Source: Trichoplax sp. H2
Lineage: Eukaryota
Assembly (NCBI GenBank): GCA_003344405.1
Contig: NOWV01000002.1
Location: 744,001-808,000 of the forward strand
Direction of reading: 5' to 3'
DNA: 64,000 bases
The notes beneath the pieces were generated by a model. The model worked only from the letters and a program-made list of their open reading frames with translations, did not search any database and was not told the origin of the DNA. The translations under genes and the position numbers were made by a program. Below, piece after piece: positions 28,811 to 41,028 of the stretch; within the stretch, counting starts at the first letter, position 1; each line of letters opens with the position of its first letter.

Positions 28811-31058
28811 AAGATCACAGTAATCGCTTATCAAAAAATTTTATATGACTACTACGACTACTTTTCCTGACATTAGTATCGCTGAGTATTGACAGTTGAT
28901 GTTTTAGCGTCAAGTTGTACGGTAACTGTACGATTATAGACTACATTACAGTACTTTACTGTCATGTTGTTATAAAAATACCCTTTCTCTATGGATAGGG
29001 TTTTGTTACTAAGTCAAATTCATTTACAATTTGAATAGACTATCAAACGCACTTTCTTTAGATTAGGCAATTACTCTAAGGCTACTTCGCTAGTAATCTA
29101 TATAATACCTTGTAAAATAATGAAGAAGAAAAGATGGCGACATGATGATTTAGCAGGGTAAAGCTTGAAGACACTATCACTTTATAGGTACTTTCTATAG
29201 TAAAATAATACTAGTTACATACTAAAAGCTATAAAGGACTCTACTTTTAGTCCTTTACTACAAAATGATTCTAATCAATTGATATATTATGATGTTATGC
29301 CTTGATGATAATTTGGATCATTGCTGTAGTTATATTCGTGCTTGGATTAATAGCTCTATATTACATGTATAAGAAATTGAATACGGTATTGACTGAGTTT
29401 TGCTTATGTAATATACTTTAATGATGGACATTTTTAGCATAAGTATTATTAAGTATGATACTAAACAGATATTTCAGAAATGAAGGGGACTGAAAATGAT
29501 GAATAATCGTATTTACAGATAGTGAGTCTATTATATTGTGAATTATCTAACTTGTTTTAATTATAATTCACCCTTGTTTATGATGTAGATATCATCAGTC
29601 CATTAATCAATTTACTAATCCTTAAAAATTATTTTCGATAAGAAGAATGCTTGTAAAATGAGGATAATTGATTTATAAAGATCAAAATTTTTATTCATAA
29701 TATTATTAAATAAGTAATAAAGCTCTAAAAGGGTTTCGTATAAAACATTTCCGTTCCGCGTTGATTACTGATCAAAAATTTTCTTAACATGATTTATATG
29801 TGAAATTTACGAAATATAACAGAAATAAATAGGTAAAAAGTGAACCGTAGGTGTAGGTTTTATTTCGCTTTCAGATTGCAATTATTAACGAGATTGAGTT
29901 ATTTACTTCGTTTTTTCTATGTAAAAGAACATCCTGGAATAATTATGATTAATGCATGCATAAAACTTCATTAAGAAAGATAATAAGATATTTGAATATT
30001 TACAGATTCTTAATTTGGAAAAATTGCTTAAGGATAAAAAAGAAAGCATACAAATATTAGGTAATTCGGGAAAATATTGATCTATTATTCTCATTTATTA
30101 ATTTACTTTTGGCATCGTCTGTTCTAATAGTTAATATTATTTACGTATTTGATATGCTGATTGTTAACGATATATAAAATTTTTAACACAATAAATATGC
30201 TGAAAGAGAAGAACATTAATGCAAAAGAATAAATCCTGGATACAGCAGAAAAAAATGAAAAATTTACAGTTATCCATTATAATCATTTCTTTCTAATATT
30301 GGCATATTACATTACGTAACAGTCAGTAAAAGAAAATGATCTTCTAATTAGATAATTTCACTTGATACGCAATTTTCTACGATATTATGATAATTTGTTT
30401 GAATCATTGGCTAAAAAGTGGATATGACTAAATACTTTTCCAATTTTTAAAGCAAAAAATACCCAAATTACGGTTGTTTTTAATTAAATTATATTTGTTT
30501 TGCAAAGCATTATTCTAACACAATTAGTATTTGTATACTATAAATATAGCCCAATTGGAGCCATCGTAACAAATCCTTCCGTGTTAGATCAGGGTCATAG
30601 AAATAGCCTATCTAATATGAAGATCCTAATATCTGAGATGCTTATTACATAGCACGCCATTAAAACAATGTTTAAAAGATCAAGTATGATTATTGTATAA
30701 ATTCTTTACAGACTTATCATAATTCAGGTTTTTTGCAGTTACTATACCATCAAATTGTTTCGGAAGTATTTTGACATTGCTAATAGTATGATCATCTTAT
30801 CCAAAAGATTATTTTGTTTATGATTCCTAAGATATAGCTCTTTACAATACTACGTTATGTAAACATTACGGCTAAAATCTTAATCCTGGCTAATCCCGGC
30901 TATTATCCATAACAATCGACTAAAATCCTAAATAGGAGTGCACAAATCTACTATAGTTTAAGAATTACCATTTGCTAATCAGAAAGAAAACAAACTTCCT
31001 GTACTTCTTTCAGCTTAATAGTAGACACTTTTGAAGTGCAATCGACCTATTCATATGA

Positions 31059-31337
31059 CTAGTGAACTACCCGTTCAAATGAACGGGAATTATACTCAAC
31101 ACTAAATGCACGCTTAATATTTGAGAGTTGATCCTGTTATCTGACTGAAAATATTGCTGATGCAATAACAAGACATTCAATTTTGATTTATTCGTTTAAA
31201 TAGGAATTTAAACTATGATATGGGCGACTAAAGCCCAAAATTCTGATATTTTGCCCTAAATTCAGACTTTAGCCAACTATTACGCATAATAAGCGAGGCC
31301 AGGTCTTAGCCAGATCATATATATATTGTTGTATAGA
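31059..31337 (-). mobile_element. Non-autonomous Helitron-like element (279 bp)
   Basis: The minus strand reads A|TCTATACAACAATATATATATG...CCCGTTCA-TT-TGAACGGG-TAGTTCA-CTAG|T. This gives a 5' TC, a subterminal GC-rich hairpin (31070-31087), a 3' CTAG, insertion between A and T and no target-site duplication. All are canonical Helitron hallmarks. Confidence 0.7.
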
Positions 31338-32917
31338 TGACGATAGATAATCTACTGACTAGTTTACGTCTTATACTGTTACGAAGGTATCTTATGATAA
31401 GTCATTAGATGGTAATCAAAATTTTTCGGCTATAGGTAATATATAAAGATCTTATCTACAATACGTTAAATATAATGTATAGATAACAATAATCTGAGCA
31501 AGAGATATCTCACATGTTTCTGGATGACTTTCACTTACTGATCAGTGGCTATACATGATCTACAGTAGATATGTCTTAATGACTTTTTGTCTTTGGGAAA
31601 GATCTTCAATTAACTGGTGTATGATATAAATGGCTTATGCTTATGTAAGTATTTACCTTAATAATTATATGGAAGTAGCTTACTGTAGAGTGCTGTAAAT
31701 ATTAATATATCCCATAACTTGAATAGCGTTTCAGTATATCTGAATGCTGAAAGAGCAAAAAGTTATGAGTTGCTCGCATATCAGCATGATAATAATTTTA
31801 TTAATTAAAGCTGGCACTAATGAGGTAAAGATCTAACTAAATTATTAAAAACTTCGCTTACATGATTGTTTTGTGTAGCAGTTCTGTAGATTGTATACTC
31901 ATACTTCATATAAGGTCGATATTGCTCTATTATTGATGTCAAATAGATTTTTTTGTCTTGATGAACTAGCAATATTGTAGAAGCCCAAATAAATGAGTAA
32001 GGAGCTCAATTCATAATAGATGTATGCTAATTATGTACACATAAGTAGGTTGAGGTGAACTCTGTTTCTCGTGCGTGGCTCTTGCATACGTATTCTATGG
32101 CCAAGTTTATAACATAGAATAGCATGATAGTCGAGTCTCTCTTTACTACAGTGCCATACCATAAAGATATAATTAAATAGCTAAAGGAATATTTAGTAAA
32201 TTTGCTCTTTTCGTTGTGGTCGGTAATACAATAAAATTTAATTATCCCTTAGCGTAAATTTTGCAAGGAGGGCATAATTATCTAAGGTAAGGTACTGATA
32301 TGAGTATATTATAATTTAATAGGCTCATCCATTGTCCATCATCCGTTGAGATTTTCACAATGTTAAAAGTAAAATCATCTTAATGTCTTTTATTCCATTA
32401 AATAATAATCATACGTATATTATTAGTAAAGTTAGATTCTTCGCGATTTCCTTCTCGTTAAATTTAAACAGATGTAAATCATTCACATTCAGTTACATTA
32501 AAGTAAAGGCTACATCAAAATATGCTCTACTGGTGAAATATGTAGGTACAGTTTTTTGTTACAATTATTTTTGTTAGTAAATGTGTTATAGATCACTATA
32601 TAACAAAGCTTGTACAGAAATTTGAGCACTGAGTATGCACATTATATATAAATTGCTGCATTTAACAAAAGAAACATTTTGCTGGCTATATCCTTATATG
32701 CTTCATGATAATAAATTAAGGTGAGGAAATCAAACAAATCCAAGATGAATTGACGATTAATGAAAACGACTAAAATAATCCTTGGAAGGCCTTTTACTGT
32801 TTTAGTACATAATTGAGACTAGTGTCGTCAAATTGTATAAAAATATACTGTACAGAATTATCCCAGCAATTGATCCTTGTAAAATCGTGGCTGACTTGTG
32901 GGCATTGAGGGTAGCGA

Positions 32918-35900
32918 TTACTTTCCGGAACCTGATTTTTTGCCTTTACTACTTGTGCGAGAAGAGGCCCTTGAGCTTACTTTAGAACCAGTTGGCGATT
33001 TAGCTGCACTGCCAATATCAGTGGCACCAAATTCCATAGTTTTTGATTTGATGGATTGTTTTGAATTGGACGCTACACTAGTACGACTAACAACTGAATT
33101 CCTGTCGATTATCACATAAAGAAGAAATTAATCCTTAAAATATTGAAAAACCAAACAGTTACTTGCTATGTCCTAGATTAATAACATACACTGGATAAAT
33201 AACTTACATTCAATTGCAATTACAAATCAATTTTGTTTTAATTACCTTGATGAAGCAACACTACTTTGAGATCGTGAGCTACTTAAGACTGACGGAGGAC
33301 GAGAACTTTGCCTGGATGATGCTGGACTTGGAGGCTCTGATAGACCAGCCTGATAAGAAAATGATGATAGTCTTATTTTAAGCGCTGATATCAATTATCT
33401 AGATAAATTGCTTTACAATGAAGATAAAGCCATGTAGATGTAAGTAGATACGTAAGTTAAGAGGACAAATTATAATAAACTTACTTGCTGGTAGTAGGCA
33501 CTAACAGTGGTTGATAAGTTAGGATTATCGCTGCTCAAACCCTTAACTTGTTGCATAATGTTATTATTAAAATCACGTAGTAGGCGTGTATCGATGTCTT
33601 TCTATATTTTCCACGATAAAAAAGGAATGAAATATAATATGCCTTTAGTTAATGCTATATATCATAGAGTCTCCTACTAATAAAACTAAATCAAAGAAAA
33701 GATAACAAAGCAATAATGGCTTTTGCAGTTTGTTCGCCAAATTTCAAACTCAGACTAAATAAAGTTATAAACTTACCTCTTGGGGTAACTCTTCAGATTT
33801 ACTCGTGCCATTGCGAACTTCCTTTACTAATTTAGACATCTATAAACGAATTGATAGTCGCATTAGTTAAACTGTTTCCGTTATGAATGATGTCTAAAAA
33901 TGTTACAGCCAATCCTACCTGCTTATTAATTCTTTCTTGTTTCTTTTGTTGCTCACTAACGGCTGCTTTTAACTGATTACCTTTTAACTATTAAAACAGA
34001 AGAAATTATTATAAAAGCTCTTCTAAAGTCGGAAGAAAGAGTAAGAATTTGAACTACTGATCATTATAACTTGGCACAGTTGAATATAGAATAGATTAGA
34101 TATTTTTGATAACTGTTTGAAATCGTGGCTAATTTCAGGCATTCAGTTTACCTGGAGGTCTTCCAAAGCCTTTAGAAGGTTATTTTCATCTTCATCTAAG
34201 GCAGAGAGATTTTGACGCATAGCCTGTGATGTAATGGAGATAATCATAAATTCAGCTGAAGTTTAAAGCTACTTTAAGATAATTCATTATCAAAAAATAA
34301 AGTGATTCAACCTGTAGATCTTCTTGTATTTCACGAACTTGTCGACGCTTATATTTATATTTGTCAAGGACAGCAGCCAACTGTTTTTCCAATAGTTCTT
34401 TCTCTTCGACTTCATCTGCCATATCATCGACCGGTTGAAGGCTTTTACGTAACTTTTCATTGCGCCCGGCCAGTAACCGAAATGTATTATCCAAGGCTCT
34501 GAAAATTATTATATAATATAATTACTCTTCGATAGCTTTGCATCTGAATCGTTAATTGAAGAACTCTCTTTAAAATCAGTTTCAAGTTGAGTTTTAAAAC
34601 TGAGAAATATTTACCTAATTTCCTTTTCAGCCTTTCTAATTTTAGCATCTAGAATATCGCCCTGGCGTTGAAGTTCTTCCTTTTCTTGTGCTGCCTGGAA
34701 AATTGATTATAAAATCTACTTAAATCTATTTTATTAAATATAAAGATTTGATGAAATAGTATACTGTACTAGCAATTAACTGTACTGTTGCATTGAATGT
34801 AATTATAATTTCATTATCTACCAAAATTTTTCATAACGGAGTAATCATCAGCGTTAGTTAACTTAAGCTTTTTTTATGAAGTGAAGTGAATTACAGACAC
34901 GCAGTAAATCAATTATAGCTTTATTCTATTGGTTATCATAATGCTTTAACTCAGTAACGAAGGGTGAAGAGTCTTAACGATGCAATAACTTATTACTTAT
35001 TAGAACTTGTTTATCATTTATGTACGCTAGAAAAAAGTAATAAAAGTAGCGTAAAACGATATAATCCTGCAATTAATATTTAGCCTACCTTTATAACAAA
35101 ATATGCTTGTGTATGTTCTTCTTCTCCTTCAGGTGGTGCCATAGAGACCATCAGAAGTTCATATCTAATTTTAAAATGATTTGTGATATATTACTAAAAT
35201 GTAATAAAAGTTGAATTTAACAGCTATATCAGAAATAAGGCGAAACTGTTACCTTCTCCTTAGTTTATCAATTTTAGAGATTCTCTCGTGTAACTCAGAG
35301 CTGCGAATCACAGTATAAATGTTTAGTAAACAATAATGAGGCCTCGTATGATCGTCAATGAGAGTGGCTATTTTAATTATCACATCTATAAAATTTTTAT
35401 AGTTACCTTATAGTTTGCTTTTCTTCACTTGCGCTCTTTAATTGAGCTCGTAGCATATCCTTATGGATATTAATTTCATGACGCCTTTCTTTCATTGCCT
35501 TAAAGGTAAAAGTTATTATAACAATTAAACAATTAATACTAAAATTAAGACCGCATATATAATGCACTATTTATTCCATACTTACAGTTTCTAGCTGTAG
35601 TCTTCGCTTTTCTTGCGTTAGAACATCGTCAGCTTTACTTTGCAGATGTTCACGGATTCTGCGTTATAATTTGATTGCATAAAATTTAGTACATCTAAAA
35701 TAATTGATTCTTGATCGAAATTACATTAGATTTATTTACGTATAAGTCTTGGTACTCACTTCTTCAGTTCCAATCTCAGTAAATTATCTTCAACCAATGT
35801 ATCCTAAAATGAAATTATGCGATTTTTCTCTTCAGTATAAACTAGCAATAAAAGGTGTCTCTTCCTTCAGTCATGGCTTATAATAAGCGTTAGAATATGA

Positions 35901-38900
35901 AACAAAGCTGTACAGAAGTAGTGATAATGATTTTTGAATGAACTTTCTGAGCACGGTATCTCTATACGCCTTTTTAATAAAATTGCTATAAAATATTTAA
36001 TGACTAGTTAGAAACAAATTTTGACTCTGATGAAGAGCACTTCAATCTCTAAAGTAGCTTCGTATATCGAAAAATAGTTTAATATTATTTTAGACATTTA
36101 AACTTATTTTATACCTATCATTAAGAGATAAAATTTCATGATAAATTTAATACTATTCAATTTTGAAACTCTTCTAATAATATCTTTCCGAGATGTTATA
36201 AATTGAGTAAAGTATACTTTAAAGAGCACATAGTAACCTGCTTTTGGGCTGTTAATCGCCTCAATTCGCGCTGCGAGCTGTCATTATGCAAGTTCAGTTC
36301 ACCTAAAAATATTGTAAGTCAACGATAAGATCAGTCGTATTCAATAGTAATGTGTAATAAAACGTTACTTTTTACATTATATCGTGTTTCCAAGTTGTCT
36401 TCTTACATTATGTGCACGATTTAGAAATTTTAATTTTTACCTATTTTGGTCGTTAATGCATCCTTTTCCTTTTTACTCTTCTCTAATTCACGATTTGTCC
36501 TTCGTAAATCATCTTGCAGTCGTTTCATTTGATTTGTGAGTAGAGCCTTGGTGGCTTGTTCTTTTTCACATTGAGTAGTTAATTCCTAGTAACGTCACCA
36601 TTTGCAATGGTTAAATAGATTTATCATTACTTTCCTAAATTATTATAGAGTTCCTATCTTTTACGATCACTAAGAACCAGTGTTATTAGGATGATAAGCG
36701 TAGCACTATTGATAGCCATTTATCACGAGGAATATGCCACACTATCAGATTAACTAGTACTATCCAAAACATTAGTCTTGTTAAGACCGGATAAATATTA
36801 GTAACCTACTTTTGCTCTAACTGTAAGTTTTTCCTTTTCATCTGTGCCTACTTCACCCTGTAGACGAGCAATTCTTCGTTCCAATTGCTGCAATTGGAAA
36901 TCCTATGCGACAGATTAATTCAGATTGTAAATTATAATTATCGTATGAAATCAAGTGTTATAATGTTTATGAAGAAGAAAACGATGGCATTTCTACATGG
37001 ATAGAGTGAATTCGAAAATTTGATTTTTTGAGACGACTTACTTGAGTATAAATAAGTTCTTGTTGCTTTAATGATTCTCGATCTAACATGGCTAAGCGAC
37101 TGTCGAGATTCTTAATAGCAGCACGAGAGCCTTGAATTTCAGCGTTAACTACCATTTCGTTATGCTGTTCTTTATGTAGTATCTCATTCTTCTTAAATCG
37201 CAGTTCTCCTAATTGTTGTAATTCTTGTTCTAACTTAGCAAGTCGGTTTTCTTCCGCTCTCATGATTTTATCCCAACGATCAGCTTTCTCCTCAACTGAT
37301 AATGTTGTTACATTACTTTCTTTCAGCTCCTTGGCTAAATCATCACGCTCCTCCTGAATAGCTAAAAGCCTAATATAATGAGCATAGCAAGTAATCAGAA
37401 TAAAATTGATCACTTTTAATTTTCGTATTTTAATAAACGCCTATTACTTTATTTTATTAATGATTTATTGTCTATAAAGTTAATATATCTACCTATTTTG
37501 CTTATCTGCAATTTCTGCTTTTAATTGACTATCTTTTGATTTAATATTTTCATAGTCATTTGCAGTTCGATCGACAACTAGCCTTAAACTTTCGAGCTAT
37601 AATTAGTAAAACATTTTGATTAATATCAAAAGTAAAATTTCGCTAGTACAGTATTGTAGAATGTTACAGTGAATTGAAAACTAAAAGAAATGGTAATTTT
37701 TTATCTGACTTTAGGCATATGCTTCTTTTTTACTAGTATTGGTACTACGATATGACTAAACGTGGATGACTTAAAATAAATCTATGGTGAATACAAAGCA
37801 TGAAGTACCTCATCTACAATTTCATTTCTAGCTCTTTCAACATCCTGATATTCTAGGCGTGATTTGCCGATGAGCTGATCGCCAACGGCGATTTTTTTTC
37901 TAACTTCTTGATTATCAATTTTGATTGATTCCAATAGGCGCTACAAGGAGAGAGGATTTAAGGATTGTTGTATAGTTAAAATTTGATACATTGAGTACTT
38001 TCAATTTGTATAATTTTGCACTAATTCTAACCAGTCTTTCGTTAATTGAATTTTCTTTTTCTCTGACATGTATATTGATTTTAGCTAAATCCTAAAAATA
38101 AATGTATGGATCAATTTATAATGGAATAATAAAAATTTCCTGAACCTATTTAACAAACATAAAACTATCGATAGTATTGTGGAAGAACCGACGTCTTCAC
38201 TTATTCTATGTAGTTACTAACGTTATTAATCCCTTCAATGTCTTTATCTCTTCGTTGCATTTGCTCAATTGTAGTTTGCCATTGTTCAAGTAGTTCCTGG
38301 CGTTGTTGATGAGCTCGTCTAAAATCTTCTGCTACTTTATCTACTTCTAGCTGTAATCCGTTTATAGTAAACCAGTAAGTATCTATTGAACTATTATAAA
38401 GTGATATATTTGTAAGCGAAATTTCGAAAGATGCTTTCGATACGAACCTGAGAGGTAAGTGTTTGAGTTGCTTCAAAATCTAATTGCTTTTTAAGTTTGC
38501 TAAGTTTTTCTGTGTTTTTCTCTGATTTTAATGATAGATCCTATTGCATTAAGTTTGTGGCTATTAACGTACAGATTCAAATTATAATTTATTATTTTAT
38601 GTACTGTAATACCCATAATTACTTACTGTAACTTTAGTTTCGTCCACTCTTGTATATTTTTGCAAAATTAGAGCATCTTCATCTTTATTAGTACATTCTT
38701 CAAGCCATGCTTCAAGAGCCTACAATTTCATTGATGAGCATAAAGTATTCAGTTATCTATAATAAAGTGTCTAACTTTGTATTTACATCATAATATCTAT
38801 TGAACATAAATTGTTTACCTGTTGATCCCATTTAACTTGATCTTTGATATCATCAATTTTTTGATTATTTTTAAAAATGACATTCTAATAGGTAGAAATA

Positions 38901-40006
38901 TGATTATTAATGGCAATGATTTGATTACTTTTTTTAAGATACCGTTATCACAGTATATGTATAAAAGTAATACAGTTAAAATTTTATACACAAGAGATGT
39001 TATTTAACTGGAATAACATTTGCCGTTCGCGGGTCAAGTGGTTTACGTAATTATTCTGCATCTTCACTGCCACTGTAACAAACCTGGTATATATTCATTT
39101 TGTCTTTAGTCTCAGAAGCTAAATTTGCAATACGTTGTAGTTCTATGGCAATGCGGCCCTTTTCACGATTTGCTTTTTAATAGTAACAATAACAAACAGT
39201 TTAACAGGGTATTATATCTGGATTTTAATAGACCGCCAATGAAATTGGTATATTGAAGATTTGGTTATACAATCATTCAATTACAATAATGTTCTACTTA
39301 TCAAATAGCTATAACATACCAAGTTGCAGAAAGTGTTTCTCACTTTGATTTTCATTTTGTCTGGCACGACACATTGCCTATCAAAGTTACATATGTTACA
39401 TTGGGATTGTAAGGGTAAAAGAGCAGGTTGAAACAATTAATTTAAAGAGTTCGATTAGAGTAGTGGGCATGCATTATTTCTTAGGCTAACCTGAGTCTGC
39501 TGCCATTCTTGCCTGACATTTTTCATATGCTCTTCCATAGCTCTTATACGATCATCATGCTCATTATTGTGCATTTTTAACGACGTATTTTTTTGCTCGT
39601 TTAACCGTATCTAAGAATCATTGAGGATAAGATATTATAATTGGATATAATTTAGTACGTCAGAGAGTGAAAGATACTTTCTGATGGTTTTTAAAGGAAT
39701 AAAGGTGAAGTAGTAGAATCTACCATACAATTACTCCGTATAAATGTGCATATATATCTATGACGGAAATTGCCCATAAAATACAGTGCAGTTTTATACT
39801 CCAATAATGCCAACGTTCTATACTTACAGAATATTCCTTATTTGTATCATCTAATATGATACAGGGTTATAGTTAAAATTTGCAGTCATTTAGGCTGCGT
39901 TACAAGGTATACATACTTTCTCTTCCAGTAACTTATTTTCCTTATTGGCCACTGGCATTACAATGTCATTGTCCCAATCGAATTCAATTTTAGTACGTTG
40001 GTCCAT
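32918..40006 (-). CDS. CCDC39: Coiled-coil domain-containing protein 39 (FAP59 orthologue; axonemal 96-nm ruler, N-DRC/inner dynein arm assembly)
   Basis: Hand-spliced into 28 GT-AG coding exons with consistent phases: 40006-39917, 39610-39491, 39377-39320, 39172-39084, 38884-38819, 38719-38627, 38540-38448, 38350-38222, 38091-38032, 37940-37809, 37596-37493, 37369-37042, 36902-36810, 36585-36441, 36302-36238, 35803-35760, 35658-35586, 35498-35407, 35300-35253, 35164-35089, 34694-34615, 34498-34312, 34223-34152, 33987-33919, 33839-33777, 33601-33485, 33349-33246, 33101-32918. Total 2874 nt, 957 aa. The N-terminus [30 protein letters not shown], the motifs [18 protein letters not shown] and [18 protein letters not shown], and the Ser-rich tail match CCDC39. 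Confidence 0.95.
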
Positions 40007-40071
40007 GATGTATACGTTGATGTTCGCTTACGTTGGTAAAATTGTAATTTCTTGAATTATTCTGGTATGTT

Positions 40072-40269
40072 CTATAGAGTTAGATAAAAAAGGAGGGATA
40101 TTACGTCCAAGATATGATATCTGTATATGCGATTATTTTTACTTTTTGGCTTATTCCAATGTTCTAATGATCGTTTATAATTGTTATCCATGAAGTAGAA
40201 ATGCATTTATGTCATCCAACTAGCTTTTACTCTGGAATCTATTGAAATATAATTTATTATAAAACTTAC
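40072..40269 (-). other. Probable 5'UTR intron of CCDC39
   Basis: On the minus strand, a GTAAGT donor starts at 40269 and a TTTTTATCTAACTCTATAG acceptor ends at 40072, upstream of the ATG at 40006. Confidence 0.55.
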
Positions 40270-40396
40270 ATTAATCGTTGATAATGATGGATGGATCACA
40301 AGGTAAGATCGATTTAGCAGTTTTACTTGTAAACGTTACTGATTATAATTATAGGAAAATATGATTTTATGCAATGAAATGTCAAAATATGAATTT

Positions 40397-40410
40397 GTTA
40401 CTATGGAGAC
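40397..40410 (-). promoter_or_regulatory. RFX X-box upstream of CCDC39
   Basis: GTTACTATGGAGAC (minus strand GTCTCC-AT-AGTAAC) matches the 14-bp X-box consensus. It lies about 130 bp upstream of the putative 5'UTR donor of a motile-cilia gene. Confidence 0.75.
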
Positions 40411-40486
40411 GATATAGCCGTCCTTCTTTCTGGACGTATGCCATTATCCAACATCTTACAAGCACGTTTGTTTGGAGACTAAATCA

Positions 40487-40626
40487 ATACTGTACCCTAT
40501 ATAGTGGAGTAGTGAATCAGTAGTTTAGGTATAATGACCGAAAGGAGAATAACATACCATCGATACCACGACCAAGGCTAGGAACTATCTTCATACTGTA
40601 CCCTACGTAGTGGAGCGGTGAATCAG
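40487..40626. repeat. 34-bp direct repeat pair in the CCDC39/CNTROB intergenic promoter
   Basis: ATACTGTACCCTAtaTAGTGGAGtaGTGAATCAG (40487-40520) versus ATACTGTACCCTAcgTAGTGGAGcgGTGAATCAG (40593-40626), 30/34 identical. Confidence 0.85.
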
Positions 40627-40819
40627 AGGTAACCTTCCATGGGCTGTTGATGAACTTGGTATAGCGAGGTTAATTTCGATAATACTGTACACCAAAAAAA
40701 TAAAATTGTGTACGTAAAATTGTTATTTGTACAGTACGCATAAATTTTATACAGAATTATTAGCAAATCATAACTTTTATTAGTTCTTCATTCCGATTTT
40801 CCTGCCGAAATGAATTTCG

Positions 40820-41028
40820 CTACAGTGTACAGTAGTTTACAGAGGCCTGCCGTACAGTGTACAGTACTGTAACTTGAGATGGAAGAAAATAGTAAGGGAG
40901 GGGAGACGAGTCAGGCGGCGGCGACGGCCGTTTCCAGTTCCGTACGTCCCGTCTGGCACGTACAAGGAGATTTTTGCCTAGTAAAAAATTTTAAAACGGC
41001 AACTTACTGTACTGTACAGTACAGTACA
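40820..41028. repeat. TACAG/CTGTA pentamer clusters flanking a GC-rich patch upstream of CNTROB
   Basis: TACAGTGTACAGTA at about 40821-40870 and TACTGTACTGTACAGTACAGTAC at about 41005-41027. The GC-rich GGCGGCGGCGACGGCCG lies between them (about 40914-40930). Confidence 0.7.

Noticed and set aside
3750..32577. Many 60-80 aa ORFs in the desert
   Set aside because: They have the I/L/F/Y/N/K-rich composition expected from random AT-rich DNA, with no recognisable motifs or consistent exon phases.
32898..33119. Plus-strand 73-aa ORF (also 34302-34502, 38822-39007, 43225-43440, 55583-55807, 56585-56924 and similar)
   Set aside because: These are antisense shadows of real exons of CCDC39, CNTROB or ERICH6.
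40487..40626. CRISPR-like repeat-spacer-repeat
   Set aside because: There are only two imperfect copies with a 72-bp gap, in a eukaryotic context with no cas genes.
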